Part shown: positions 54,847 to 64,000 of the stretch, piece by piece | Layout of the letters: each line of letters starts with the position of its first letter | Numbering within the stretch: position 1 is the first letter of the stretch | Source of the DNA: Carpediemonas membranifera BICM | Taxonomy: Eukaryota; Protista; Fornicata | Assembly: GCA_019828565.1 (NCBI GenBank) | Contig: JAHDYR010000003.1 | Span: forward strand, 62,001-126,000 | Reading direction: 5' to 3' | DNA: 64,000 nucleotides | Position numbers and translations under genes: made by a program | The notes under the pieces: generated by a model | Seen by the model: the letters and a program-made list of their open reading frames with translations, nothing else | What the model was told of the DNA's origin: nothing | Database searches by the model: none

Positions 54847-55947
54847 ATGGACGTCTTGTATCCCCATGATGCATTGTGCATGTCTTCGAGTCCCTCTGAG
54901 GTCACCCTCTGTCTCTTTTGATAAACTGCACATTGCTGGTTTTATCCTGCACTTTCAAGATGGCGTTCCATCGTGACAGTTTCGCACTTTAGGGTAGAAT
55001 TGAACTCGGTCCAAACGACCTCATAAAGCATATTTCCGTATTTTAAAGCACAATCCGCTTGTTATAGACAACCATAGTACCAATACTGAGCGTTCGAACA
55101 AAGAAAAGCCGAGTCGGTAGAATGCGCTTTTGCCCAGAGCCTAATGGCTTATTAGAGTGTCCGTGTGCAACCAGCCCACTTCCATCATAGTTTTAGACGT
55201 ATCTAAGGCTATTGCCCCACTTACAGCCTCTGGCTGAGTGTCATCCGAATTCAGTGGAGCCAGTCTCGGTGCTCGACGAGGCCACCGCGATCAAGGCTGA
55301 CACTGAGTTCAAAGCTGTTAGTGGGGCAATTGCACTCTATTCTGGTATAGTGGCTGAGGTTACGCCAATGGGTGCAGACTGAGGGTGGATTGAGTCAAAC
55401 TGAGTCGTCATTTTCGATGACTCCAGAAATTATGGTTGGGAGTTTAAAAAAAAAAGATGGGTCAGCCATCCTGTATGAGCTTCTATTTTGGTTCGATGGT
55501 GTGAGTATCAGCCATCTCCGACCTCTACTCGTCATGTTCGATGTCCATCGAAATCGAAGTTCGGGTCGACTCCAAACGCATACTTCTAGTGTGCGCCCGC
55601 TGGTAATGGCCCGGATCCAGGTGTTAGAGAGCTATACAAGCATTATGGCAGAGCGACAGCGATTCGATGGTAGTGGTCGAGGTGACGGCATTGCTCAGCT
55701 TCGGACCCGCAGTCTCGAGTTGACTTCGAAAGTGAGGTGAACATGTTGCCAGCCAAACTGCTGGCTGATATAGCTTCAGAATTGCCTATGAATCATGCAT
55801 ACTCGCCCCATATCGAGTGATGGAGCTCGGGTTGTCATGGGGTCTGACTGTCACGAATCGGGTCGACCCCCAAACCGCGAGCCACTGTCGCTGGACGTCG
55901 CCCGACTGGAACCACCAGAACCGCATGACATGTTACATTTACACACT

Positions 55948-57384
55948 TTACCTGAGCCCAATAAACTTGGCGATGGGGACAACCGCGAGGCAGATGGGGT
56001 ACATACCAATGATGAAGAATGCCAGGAACGTCCTCTGGGTCTTAAAGGAGCCAAGGATACCGATGACGACAACACACAAGAGGATGGCGACGACCTGGCC
56101 TGAGAAGCGCCAGGAAACTTCACGGATGGCGATGAGGACGTAGAAGATGCCGAGGCAGAGCGTAGCGTTCATCGTAGCGGCACCATAAAGAGCGGAGATG
56201 GTGAGACTCATGTTTGTGCGCATCTTCTTCGACGAGAAGATGAGTGCGCTGATGAGCTCAGAAGCGTTCGACGCGAGCGGAGAGACCACGAAAGCGACAT
56301 AGAAGGGGGAAATACCAACAATCGTAGAGAAGTTGGACATGGCGTCGACCATAGGGTCGGAGAAGATGGTGACGACGGCGGTGCCGATGAACATGAGAAG
56401 GAACGACATGCCGAGGATGCGCCACTTGGGCCAGCCCTCGACGCCGGTCTCCTCCTCCTCCTCCTCGGGCTCCTGCTTCTTGTCGATGCCGTACTTGTTA
56501 CGGTCGACGGCCTCAGACGCCTTGAGCTTAATCCTGCGTGCGAACTTGGCCATGTCGACGACGGGCTTCTCCTCTTCCTGGGCCTCGGGGTCTGCGAGGA
56601 GAGGCTTTTCTTCCTCGTTGGAGGTACCCTCGGGCTTCTGGAGGAGCTCAAGGAAAGCGTGCGCGGTGCGGCGCTTGAGGAAGCGCTGCTTGGCCTTGGC
56701 CGCCTTGCGGTTCTGCATCGTGCTGTTGCAGACGCAGTAAGTGGAGTAGCCGAGGAGAACAATGAAGCACATGACCGCACCAGCAGCGGCGAACCAACGC
56801 TCATGGGGTCCAGGATCGCGGGAGTTCATGTAGAAGAAGGCAGGGATCTGGATGATGGCGTAGAGGAGAGAGACACCAATCATAATCCACGCGTTGATCG
56901 GCACATCGGGGTCCACGGAGGTGCCGGAGCGGATGACGTCCCACCAGGGCCGCGTGTTCGTCTTGTCGACAGCGCGGCCATGGACAATGTCGCAGCGGCC
57001 GCAAAGCATGGAGGCGCCGTACGAGACGGTGAGGAGCATGATGGTGGAGCCGGCGAGGGTACCCACACCGACGGAGATCTGCTGCTGGATTTCGGACGGG
57101 TCGCCGAGACAGGAGGCGACAATAATGGCGGCATCGGGGACGGCGCCAAGGACCGGGAGGACAAAACCACCAACAAGAGAGGGGTTTGCAACGTTGAGAA
57201 GGAGTTCAGCACCATCGGCGATAAGCTTGGAGCCCTTGCCGAGGATGAAACCGTATATGCACATCAGGAGCACATTACCGATCAGAGAACCGGCACAAGG
57301 GAAGATGTCGTTCAAGCAATCAGCATCAACCACTCCGTGCTCGATGTGGTGCCCGAATATGTCCCAGTAGTGCGAGAGGCCCAT
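55948..57384 (-). CDS. Na+/Ca2+ exchanger-like protein (NCL-type CaCA)
   Basis: LPVLGAVPD, VGVGTLAGSTIMLLT, FSDPMVD, PLASNASE, YGAATMN; start uncertain. Confidence 0.88.
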   Translation of the reverse strand: MGLSHYWDIFGHHIEHGVVDADCLNDIFPCAGSLIGNVLLMCIYGFILGKGSKLIADGAELLLNVANPSLVGGFVLPVLGAVPDAAIIVASCLGDPSEIQQQISVGVGTLAGSTIMLLTVSYGASMLCGRCDIVHGRAVDKTNTRPWWDVIRSGTSVDPDVPINAWIMIGVSLLYAIIQIPAFFYMNSRDPGPHERWFAAAGAVMCFIVLLGYSTYCVCNSTMQNRKAAKAKQRFLKRRTAHAFLELLQKPEGTSNEEEKPLLADPEAQEEEKPVVDMAKFARRIKLKASEAVDRNKYGIDKKQEPEEEEEETGVEGWPKWRILGMSFLLMFIGTAVVTIFSDPMVDAMSNFSTIVGISPFYVAFVVSPLASNASELISALIFSSKKMRTNMSLTISALYGAATMNATLCLGIFYVLIAIREVSWRFSGQVVAILLCVVVIGILGSFKTQRTFLAFFIIGMYPICLAVVPIAKFIGLR

Positions 57385-57644
57385 TTTCTGGCCAGAGTCG
57401 ATCGAGTCGAATGTCCCAAATGGGTGTTGCCCGGCGGCCACAGGCAGTCGTCACGACTTTGATGCTATGAGCCCGGGATGGCTAACATGCTTCTTTTGAA
57501 GCCACTTGCTGGTGTTTCGGTCAGAAATGTTTGGTCGTCAGTCGGGATGATGAAAAAGATTTTCTGAGAAAATGGCCAAAACGAGCCACAAACAGCAGCT
57601 CTCCCCGCCCCCGCATAATCTATGCTATTTATACTCCCACACCC

Positions 57645-58322
57645 TTACTCATCATCAGTGACCACCAGCTCATCCCTGTTGGGCGCCTCCAGCGTCAGCA
57701 GGTGGTGGTACTTCTTGCAGTAAACTGCACCACTGGTAATGGCCAAGAGACATGATATGAGGAAGCAGACCTCGCCCGTGGCCCTGACGAGGGAGATGGT
57801 CTCAGATGAAAAGCGGTCGGGGAACTCGGCCATGGCCAGGCTCAGCAGAATAGCGTTGGTAGCTACCATCATTGTCGCCGTCTTAATCTTACCGGACTTT
57901 TCAGCGGCGAGAACAACGTCATGTACTGCCGCGACGATTCTTAGTCCGGTAATGAGGAATTCGCGGGCCAGGATGGCCATGACGAGGAACAGGTAGAGAG
58001 GGGGGAAGACGCCGATGGTCAGGAAGGCCATGAAGAGGTTGAGCACGAGGACCTGGGTGAGAATGTGGGTTTCAGAACGAACCTTGTCGGCAATGGCGTC
58101 GTAGACGATGCCAAAGGTTGTTGTTGCGTGTAGCTTCCTCGCAGCAAGCCCGTCGGCATAGTCTGTGAGGGCAGAGATCGCATAGAGTATGCAGGCAATG
58201 GTGCGGGGCTTGGAGATGACTGTCACGGGCACGAAGAGGAAGATTGTCGTCAGAAATACGCCTGGGACTCTTGATAATGACAATACATTGGGTACATGGA
58301 ACCGGATATCGCGGGAAACCAT
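57645..58322 (-). CDS. pgsA: CDP-diacylglycerol--glycerol-3-phosphate phosphatidyltransferase; in-frame intron 58053-58082
   Basis: PN.LSLSR, TDYADG.AARK...TTFG...D.IADK, REF.ITGLR, GKIKT. Confidence 0.9.
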   Translation of the reverse strand: MVSRDIRFHVPNVLSLSRVPGVFLTTIFLFVPVTVISKPRTIACILYAISALTDYADGLAARKLHATTTFGIVYDAIADKVRSETHILTQVLVLNLFMAFLTIGVFPPLYLFLVMAILAREFLITGLRIVAAVHDVVLAAEKSGKIKTATMMVATNAILLSLAMAEFPDRFSSETISLVRATGEVCFLISCLLAITSGAVYCKKYHHLLTLEAPNRDELVVTDDE

Positions 58323-58569
58323 CCTGTCAACTTGCAGTGCCTTGTGCCGTCGCGAAGTGACATAAACTGCATCAATGAATTATGAGTCAGCGGGACGTCA
58401 TTGACGTCATTGACGCAAGAAGAGCACGGCATGCGTGATCAATGGAGCATACCACAACGCTCTTCACAAGCGGTTAGGATGTCAGGCTCTTAACTCGGTT
58501 GTTCGCCATTTAATGCGCCCATCGCCCGCCAGCCCCTGGCTTTGAAAGCTTGTGCACCAGAACATGCCT

Positions 58570-59160
58570 CTAATTCCCCTCGCCCATGGCTGTCGCCGCG
58601 TTCTGATACTTCGCCGGAAGAACCATTGAGACGAACGTACCCAGGTCGTCCCAGCGGAGGAGGCCACCCACGGGGATGACGTTGAAGCCCAGGGAAAGCT
58701 GGACCTCCTTGTTGGCAAGCTCGCCGACATGGAGGCTTCTAAGTGGGTAGATTTCGGTCGGATCGCGGTTGACGAAAGTAACAAGGAGCGTGGCGTCCTC
58801 CTTGCTCGAAATGCGGCGATCCCACACAATCATCTCGTGTGTGTGGCCTAGGTCGTCTGTGTAGCTCGCCTTGATGTAGGCATAGATCATCTTCACGGCC
58901 CACGTGAAGGTGTCGTCAATGTGGGCCTCAAAATCGACAAAGAGGTCCGCAAGCTCATACATCTTCCACTTGTGTCTTTCGCTGTGTGAGATATTGTGAT
59001 AGTTAGGGACAAACAAGTCTCCGACGGCCGTAGAGAAGCTAGCGACAGTGTAGCTCTCGGTCTGAAAGTACGACGTCATATGCGCCAGGAGAACTGCGCA
59101 TGAGAGTGTTCCTACAATAAACGCGGCAAGGCCATAGCTCCTTACGCTCAGCAGATGCAT
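58570..59160 (-). CDS. SPCS3: Signal peptidase complex subunit SPC22/23
   Basis: MH....R N-terminus plus TM; F.W.VK.IYAYI.A.Y, WDR.I, NVIP.GG.L. Confidence 0.85.
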   Translation of the reverse strand: MHLLSVRSYGLAAFIVGTLSCAVLLAHMTSYFQTESYTVASFSTAVGDLFVPNYHNISHSERHKWKMYELADLFVDFEAHIDDTFTWAVKMIYAYIKASYTDDLGHTHEMIVWDRRISSKEDATLLVTFVNRDPTEIYPLRSLHVGELANKEVQLSLGFNVIPVGGLLRWDDLGTFVSMVLPAKYQNAATAMGEGN

Positions 59161-59249
59161 CTTCTTTGCGCCGTCGTCGTTGTCGCCAAGTCGTTCCAAG
59201 TCATCACACCATCCCAACACAAGAGCCATAACATGATCCGATTTACCCT

Positions 59250-60461
59250 CTACAGCCCCTCCGGCCGCCTGACGACCCAAGACCACATCGTCTTCTCCGC
59301 CCCACCGGCAAGCACGAGGGCAGACTCGTTATGGGGTGCCACAGCCACACAGTGCACGCGATGGCCGACCTCAAGCTCATGCACGGGCGCGTCGTGGTTA
59401 CGGAGGTCCCAGTACCGGAGTTTGCAGTCAAACCCGCCCGAGACAATGAACGGCTGGCCGCTACTCCACAGGAAGGCCACACCAGCGGCGGGCCCGCGGT
59501 GGCCAGGAAGCTTGGCAGAGTGCACGGCCGCGTTGACGTCATCAGGCACAGTCCAGACCCGCACTGACCCGTCTGCCTGGCCGGTAACGAGCTGCGGGCT
59601 GACCTGGCGTGCGTCCATCGCCCAGACGGCCGAGGATGACCTCATCGTGCGGACTGGGGCGACAGTCCTGGGGGTAGCGAGGTCATTCACATGCCACTGC
59701 CTGATGGTCCCGTCATGCGAGGCGCTGAACACGAACGGGTAGTTATACGCGAGAGCCGTGACGGTCTGCTGGTGGTGCTCGGTGTCCTCGACGGGGAAGA
59801 GGGTGGGGGTGGCCTCGTCCGACTTGATGTCGACTGTGTAGAGCTTCCCGCTCTCTGTTCCGACGACAGCAAGGGTCTTGCTGAGGAAGACAGCTGCGGT
59901 GGGGCATTCCGGGAGTGGTACCGACGTCGCCGCTGACTTGAGAGTCGCCATGTGGAGGGATTTGTCACGGGCGCCGGTCATCAGCCTGTCGCCGGACACA
60001 GCAAGGCCGCGCAGAGGGGCTTCGGCCATGTTGATTGTCCGGGCGGGAGTGATGGCCAAGGTGTTGGCGTTGACCGTGTGCTGGGCAACATCGCCGTTGA
60101 TGAGGCCTGCAAAGACCTTGTTGTCGTGCACGACGAGGTTCTGGATCCACTGGTCGGTGGGCGTCGTCTTGCCGTCCTCGGGGGCGGGGAGGGCAACGAC
60201 AGCTTTCACGAGGAGCGTATCCTCGGCGCTCAGGTGACTGTGGTGGTTGATAAGCTCACCAATAGAACCAGTGAGAGGATATTCGAAGCTGCTGACCATG
60301 TAGGCGAAGGTGGGCACCTCATCTAGCTCGAGGATCGCTTTTGCATAGTCGTTGAACTCCTCTGTGCTTGTACTGATCGGAATCTGAATATTCTGCGTCT
60401 CATCAATGTCTGTGGAGACATTCGTGAGGTCAAACTCGATCTGCACCTGAGAATCGCTCAT
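59250..60461 (-). CDS. WD40 protein with N-terminal ubiquitin-like/NLE domain (Ytm1/WDR12-like)
   Basis: LSAEDTL..., DQWI, SASHDGTIRQW, SGGFD.KLRYWDLR. Confidence 0.75.
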   Translation of the reverse strand: MSDSQVQIEFDLTNVSTDIDETQNIQIPISTSTEEFNDYAKAILELDEVPTFAYMVSSFEYPLTGSIGELINHHSHLSAEDTLLVKAVVALPAPEDGKTTPTDQWIQNLVVHDNKVFAGLINGDVAQHTVNANTLAITPARTINMAEAPLRGLAVSGDRLMTGARDKSLHMATLKSAATSVPLPECPTAAVFLSKTLAVVGTESGKLYTVDIKSDEATPTLFPVEDTEHHQQTVTALAYNYPFVFSASHDGTIRQWHVNDLATPRTVAPVRTMRSSSAVWAMDARQVSPQLVTGQADGSVRVWTVPDDVNAAVHSAKLPGHRGPAAGVAFLWSSGQPFIVSGGFDCKLRYWDLRNHDAPVHELEVGHRVHCVAVAPHNESALVLAGGAEKTMWSWVVRRPEGL

Positions 60462-60821
60462 CGACAGCACCAGCAAAAAAGTACTAAAACTGCTCGTTTT
60501 CAACTCGGCCTCAGCTCCGAGGAGGCAGCTCCAATGCTGGCGATCTCTCCGAGTACCGCCTACATCCGGCTCCACATGCCCAGCCTTTGTCCCGGGCCAC
60601 ATCCGCATTTCAAAATTCCACCATACCACCGTGATGGTCAAACAGTGATTATCAAAGCCTGCTGGCCGGTTGTGCGCATCGCGTGCAGTTTACAGTAATT
60701 TCAGAGTCGAGCTACAAGTCGACCCAGACGTCTGCTCGGTGTTTCACCATCGGGAACCACACAATCATTTGAATGGCCTTTCAACAGGCAGAGCCCTCGT
60801 CATAGAAAAGCACCCCAACCC

Positions 60822-62312
60822 TCACCGGTAAAGCTGGTTCGGCGTCTTGCTCGGCGTCCGCACCTCCTCCAGCCGGGCCTGCATCCTGTCCATAGCCCTG
60901 CCCATGGCCGACCCGCTCCCGTCGATCGCCGGAAGTGGGGCGGCGAACACAGAGTCAATGTCCGATGATCGGCTGAACCCGCGCCCGCTGCCACGACTAG
61001 CAGTCAGCGCGGTGTACTTCGCTGCGTAGTCATAGGGCTTGGTGCCGGGCGCAGCGCGGATCGCACTCCCACGTTGACCTGACGATTTTCGCATAAGCTG
61101 CACTTCAAAGTCATAGCTTAGTGGATGCTCCAGGGCGTGGCGGAGGGCCTTATATGACAGCCGGATGTCACTCAGCCCAGGCGCTTGCCGCACGGGTTCA
61201 CCGAGTACCGACTCCCGGTCGAGTCGCTCGACGATGACGTTGTCTGAGTCGTCCAGGTCAAGACCGGTCATGAATGGTCCCACCTGGTCAACACCGGTGA
61301 CTCCACCAACTCTATTGATTGGTTCAAGGGGTGTTTTCGGCTCGACCTTCTTCCCCTTGGACAAGTTGAACCTGGTCGACTTCGGCTTGCGTGCAGTTGA
61401 AGACAGTCGCTTCATCGACAAGTCTACGATGACTGGCGCGGGTCTTGGGGGCTTAAGCAGGAGCAGTGGGGGTTCGTTCAGCTCGACGACGATGTCAACA
61501 GAGAGTGTAGAGGCGGTCCTGGGCAGAAGGGGATGATTCGATGAATCTTTCGTATCATTAGATACGGTACTAGATACAGGGTTTCTGTGCAGGATAACGC
61601 GTCTAATAGCCGGTAAGACGCCAACTGACGTGATGTCGGCAAGGCTAGAAATCTGGTTGTCGCACATGACCAAGGAGTGCAGGCTTCTGAACGAGCCCTG
61701 GACGTCATGGAGCTTGAGCCGACTCACTCCGCAGTCGTCAATGATAAGCTCTGCCAGCTTGGGTAAAGATGCGAGGAACTCCCAGCACCCCTCGTACTCG
61801 TTCATATTGAACAGGTTGCCGGAGAGATTCAGACGAGTCACTGTGGGCAGGGGGTCTGGCGGGAGAGACAGGAACAGTTCGTCCGTCAGCTCGTTTGAGG
61901 CGAGAGAGAGGCTTCTGAGCTTGGGAATCATGCTGAGGCTGGCAATTAGCGCGGGGTCGAGGTGCAGGTGGTTGTAGGAGAGGTCTAGTGTCGTGCTGTG
62001 TGAGGTGGCGGGTTATGGGCGGACGAACAGGCTTGGGAAGAGGAGGGGGATGTCGGCTGAGGGATCGGGGAAGAGAACGCGGGCACCGTTGCAGTAAAGG
62101 CGAAGCTCCTCGAGAGATGGAAAGGAAGAGAGATCAGTGAGTTTGAGTTTGTTGTCTGAAGCATCAAGAGTGTGCAGGCTGGTGAAAAGTTGGAGGTCGT
62201 CGGCTTTCACGGACGTGTAACCCAGGGATGTGAGATTAAGAGTCTCTACATCAGCTGGATCATCTGCAGAGGCTATAGCGTTTATCTCAAACCCAGTGAG
62301 CGTCTTGCGCAT
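60822..62312 (-). CDS. Leucine-rich repeat protein (XRRA1-like); intron 61996-62028
   Basis: LxxLxLxxN repeats; a 33-nt GTTCGT...CTCACACAG intron joins the two ORFs. Confidence 0.8.
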
Positions 62313-62443
62313 GAAATATGAAAGAACAGGGATGGTGGCTTGGGCAAACCTGCGTCCTCACAAACCAGGACCCCACAGCACACCGGGCAGCGCCCCCCAC
62401 GCCCCCATGCCAATGATACTGGAGCTTTATATCTACAGAGGCG

Positions 62444-63614
62444 CTAGACTTGGATGGCGCCCTCGCTGTCGCTTGACTCGTCGCCACGCTGCAGCCGCAT
62501 TGTCCGCCGCCGTTCGTCGCGATCTCGCTGCTTAGCGTTATGTCTCTTGACGAAGCTGGCTCTAATGATCATGATGGTGTGAGAGATGGCAAGCAGGGTA
62601 ATCTGCAGCGAGTACACGTTCATACCGCTCAGATAGAACATCTCGGACGTGTCATCCATGAAGTACTGGCATACTAGGGCATCGTCGTCCGTTTTGTAAA
62701 AGACCAGGATGATTAGAATCACACTTGTGATGATCATGCAAATTGACGCAATCGGATCTGTGTAAGAAGGCGGAATGGAACAAACAGGGCAGGATGAAGC
62801 TGAGAATGAGACTAATGTAGTTCACACGGACCGATTTGCTGGACTGGCGGGACTTGGCCATGGCGTGGACCACGAGGAAGAACAGTGTCACCTGTATGAT
62901 GACGCAGATCGTCATGATAGTGATGCGGACGAACGCAGAGCCCTGTCGCATTGCATTGGGGTCCTCAAATATGTAGTGAACGGCGATACTCGTGTGGTCG
63001 TCTATGAATATGAATGCCTTGTGGATGTAGCTAAAGAAGACGCGGCATACGATGACAACGACGCCTGTGCCGATCGACACGGCCCACTCCCAGGCTGGAA
63101 CAACAAAGATGCGGCGCCGGGTCAGCTTGAGGAGCTTGTCCGAAGAGATGCAGAGCCGGACCCTGTAGAGGAACACGGACGTCGTCATGGACAGCATGAT
63201 GCCCATGTAGAACAGAAGGGATGCGATGAAGCGAACAAAGTTGTCGTCGAAAGACATGGGCACCGTCACCCATTTCGACTGGGCAAATTCCTCGCAACTG
63301 TTGCCAGGATCCAGATTGTGGTCGTAGCCGATGCACCAGGTGTTGTAGTAGGCTTCGTAGACGACGTTGACCGGGTTTGTCGCGAGGAGCATTGAAAGAC
63401 CCCACACATCGAGGATAAGGTTGATCCGAGCAAAATAAGGCTTGCGGCGGATGTCTTTTGGAGATAGTATGTAGAAAAAGGTGAATATGAACGCACAGAC
63501 GAACGCTGGGACCTGTGCCAAGAGGGAAATGACCTCATATATGCACCGGCGGATCCAGGAGTCCACAGCTGCCTCATAGTAGTCATCAAGGGAGAATGGA
63601 CACCAGACTTTCAT
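62444..63614 (-). CDS. Seven-TM-like membrane protein; intron 62758-62785
   Basis: About 7 hydrophobic segments after splicing a 28-nt GT-AG intron; charged C-terminal tail. Confidence 0.7.
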
Positions 63615-63939
63615 TCTGTACGGTTGTGCAAGGCGCTTCGACGCGTTTTGAAGCCTTGACGCCGTTCGAAATCATTGGAAAATACATGATACATGAACAG
63701 ATCATAAATGAAGTGCCGACCTGAATGCAGGTGTCAAGGACAGCATGCCCATTGCCACCGAGCTCGCTGACCTCAACGAGGCGATGCTTTTCTCGGAGTA
63801 GTCAACATCGCTTGCCATTCTTACTTTGAGCCGTCCCGCGCGTTCCCACCAATCAAGCCATCATATACCGCTCCACGGAACCCTTAAAACAGGTTTATAT
63901 ACATAAAGCGAAGCATAGTAACAATATGTACACGTCCGC

Positions 63940-64000
63940 CTACACAACTGCTCGAGTCAGCCTAATGTCGTCCGCCTTGGCAAAAGCTGCCGTGAACTCC
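63940..64000 (-). CDS. Possible 3' end of a gene entering from beyond the window (EFTAAFAKADDIRLTRAVV*)
   Basis: Open frame to the window edge followed by AT-rich UTR-like sequence. Confidence 0.35.
   Translation of the reverse strand, partial: EFTAAFAKADDIRLTRAVV

Noticed and set aside
54900-55900. Short ORFs between TSPO and the exchanger gene
   Set aside because: Fragmentary and without motifs; possibly decayed sequence but not identifiable

Overview
Gene-dense eukaryotic (protist) DNA, not prokaryotic: tiny 28-33 nt spliceosomal introns, SUMO E2, Aurora kinase, homeobox and bromodomain genes. Intron style and gene content suggest a free-living metamonad such as Carpediemonas (inference). 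Positions 1-7.9 kb are a nest of retroelements: a young chromodomain Ty3/Gypsy element (108-bp LTR, the two copies identical over the 95 bp visible) that carries an unexplained antisense cargo ORF and a non-canonical primer site, a 5'-truncated LINE with an 8-bp TSD, and an older Gypsy integrase. The rest holds about 33 host genes, 31 of them on the minus strand. Main highlights: (1) a truncated Fanzor (eukaryotic TnpB-like RNA-guided nuclease) at about 20.95-21.66 kb, bracketed by two homologous co-varying hairpins that share an identical 25-mer and followed by a structured candidate omegaRNA region; (2) two tandem C/D-box snoRNAs matching the snR73/U35 LSU rRNA site; (3) a prokaryote-type beta-lysine acetyltransferase (AblB-like); (4) a consistent mini-intron grammar, including one GC-AG intron and one in-frame intron hidden in the ORF track. 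All protein calls are from motif recognition by eye; no database search was run.
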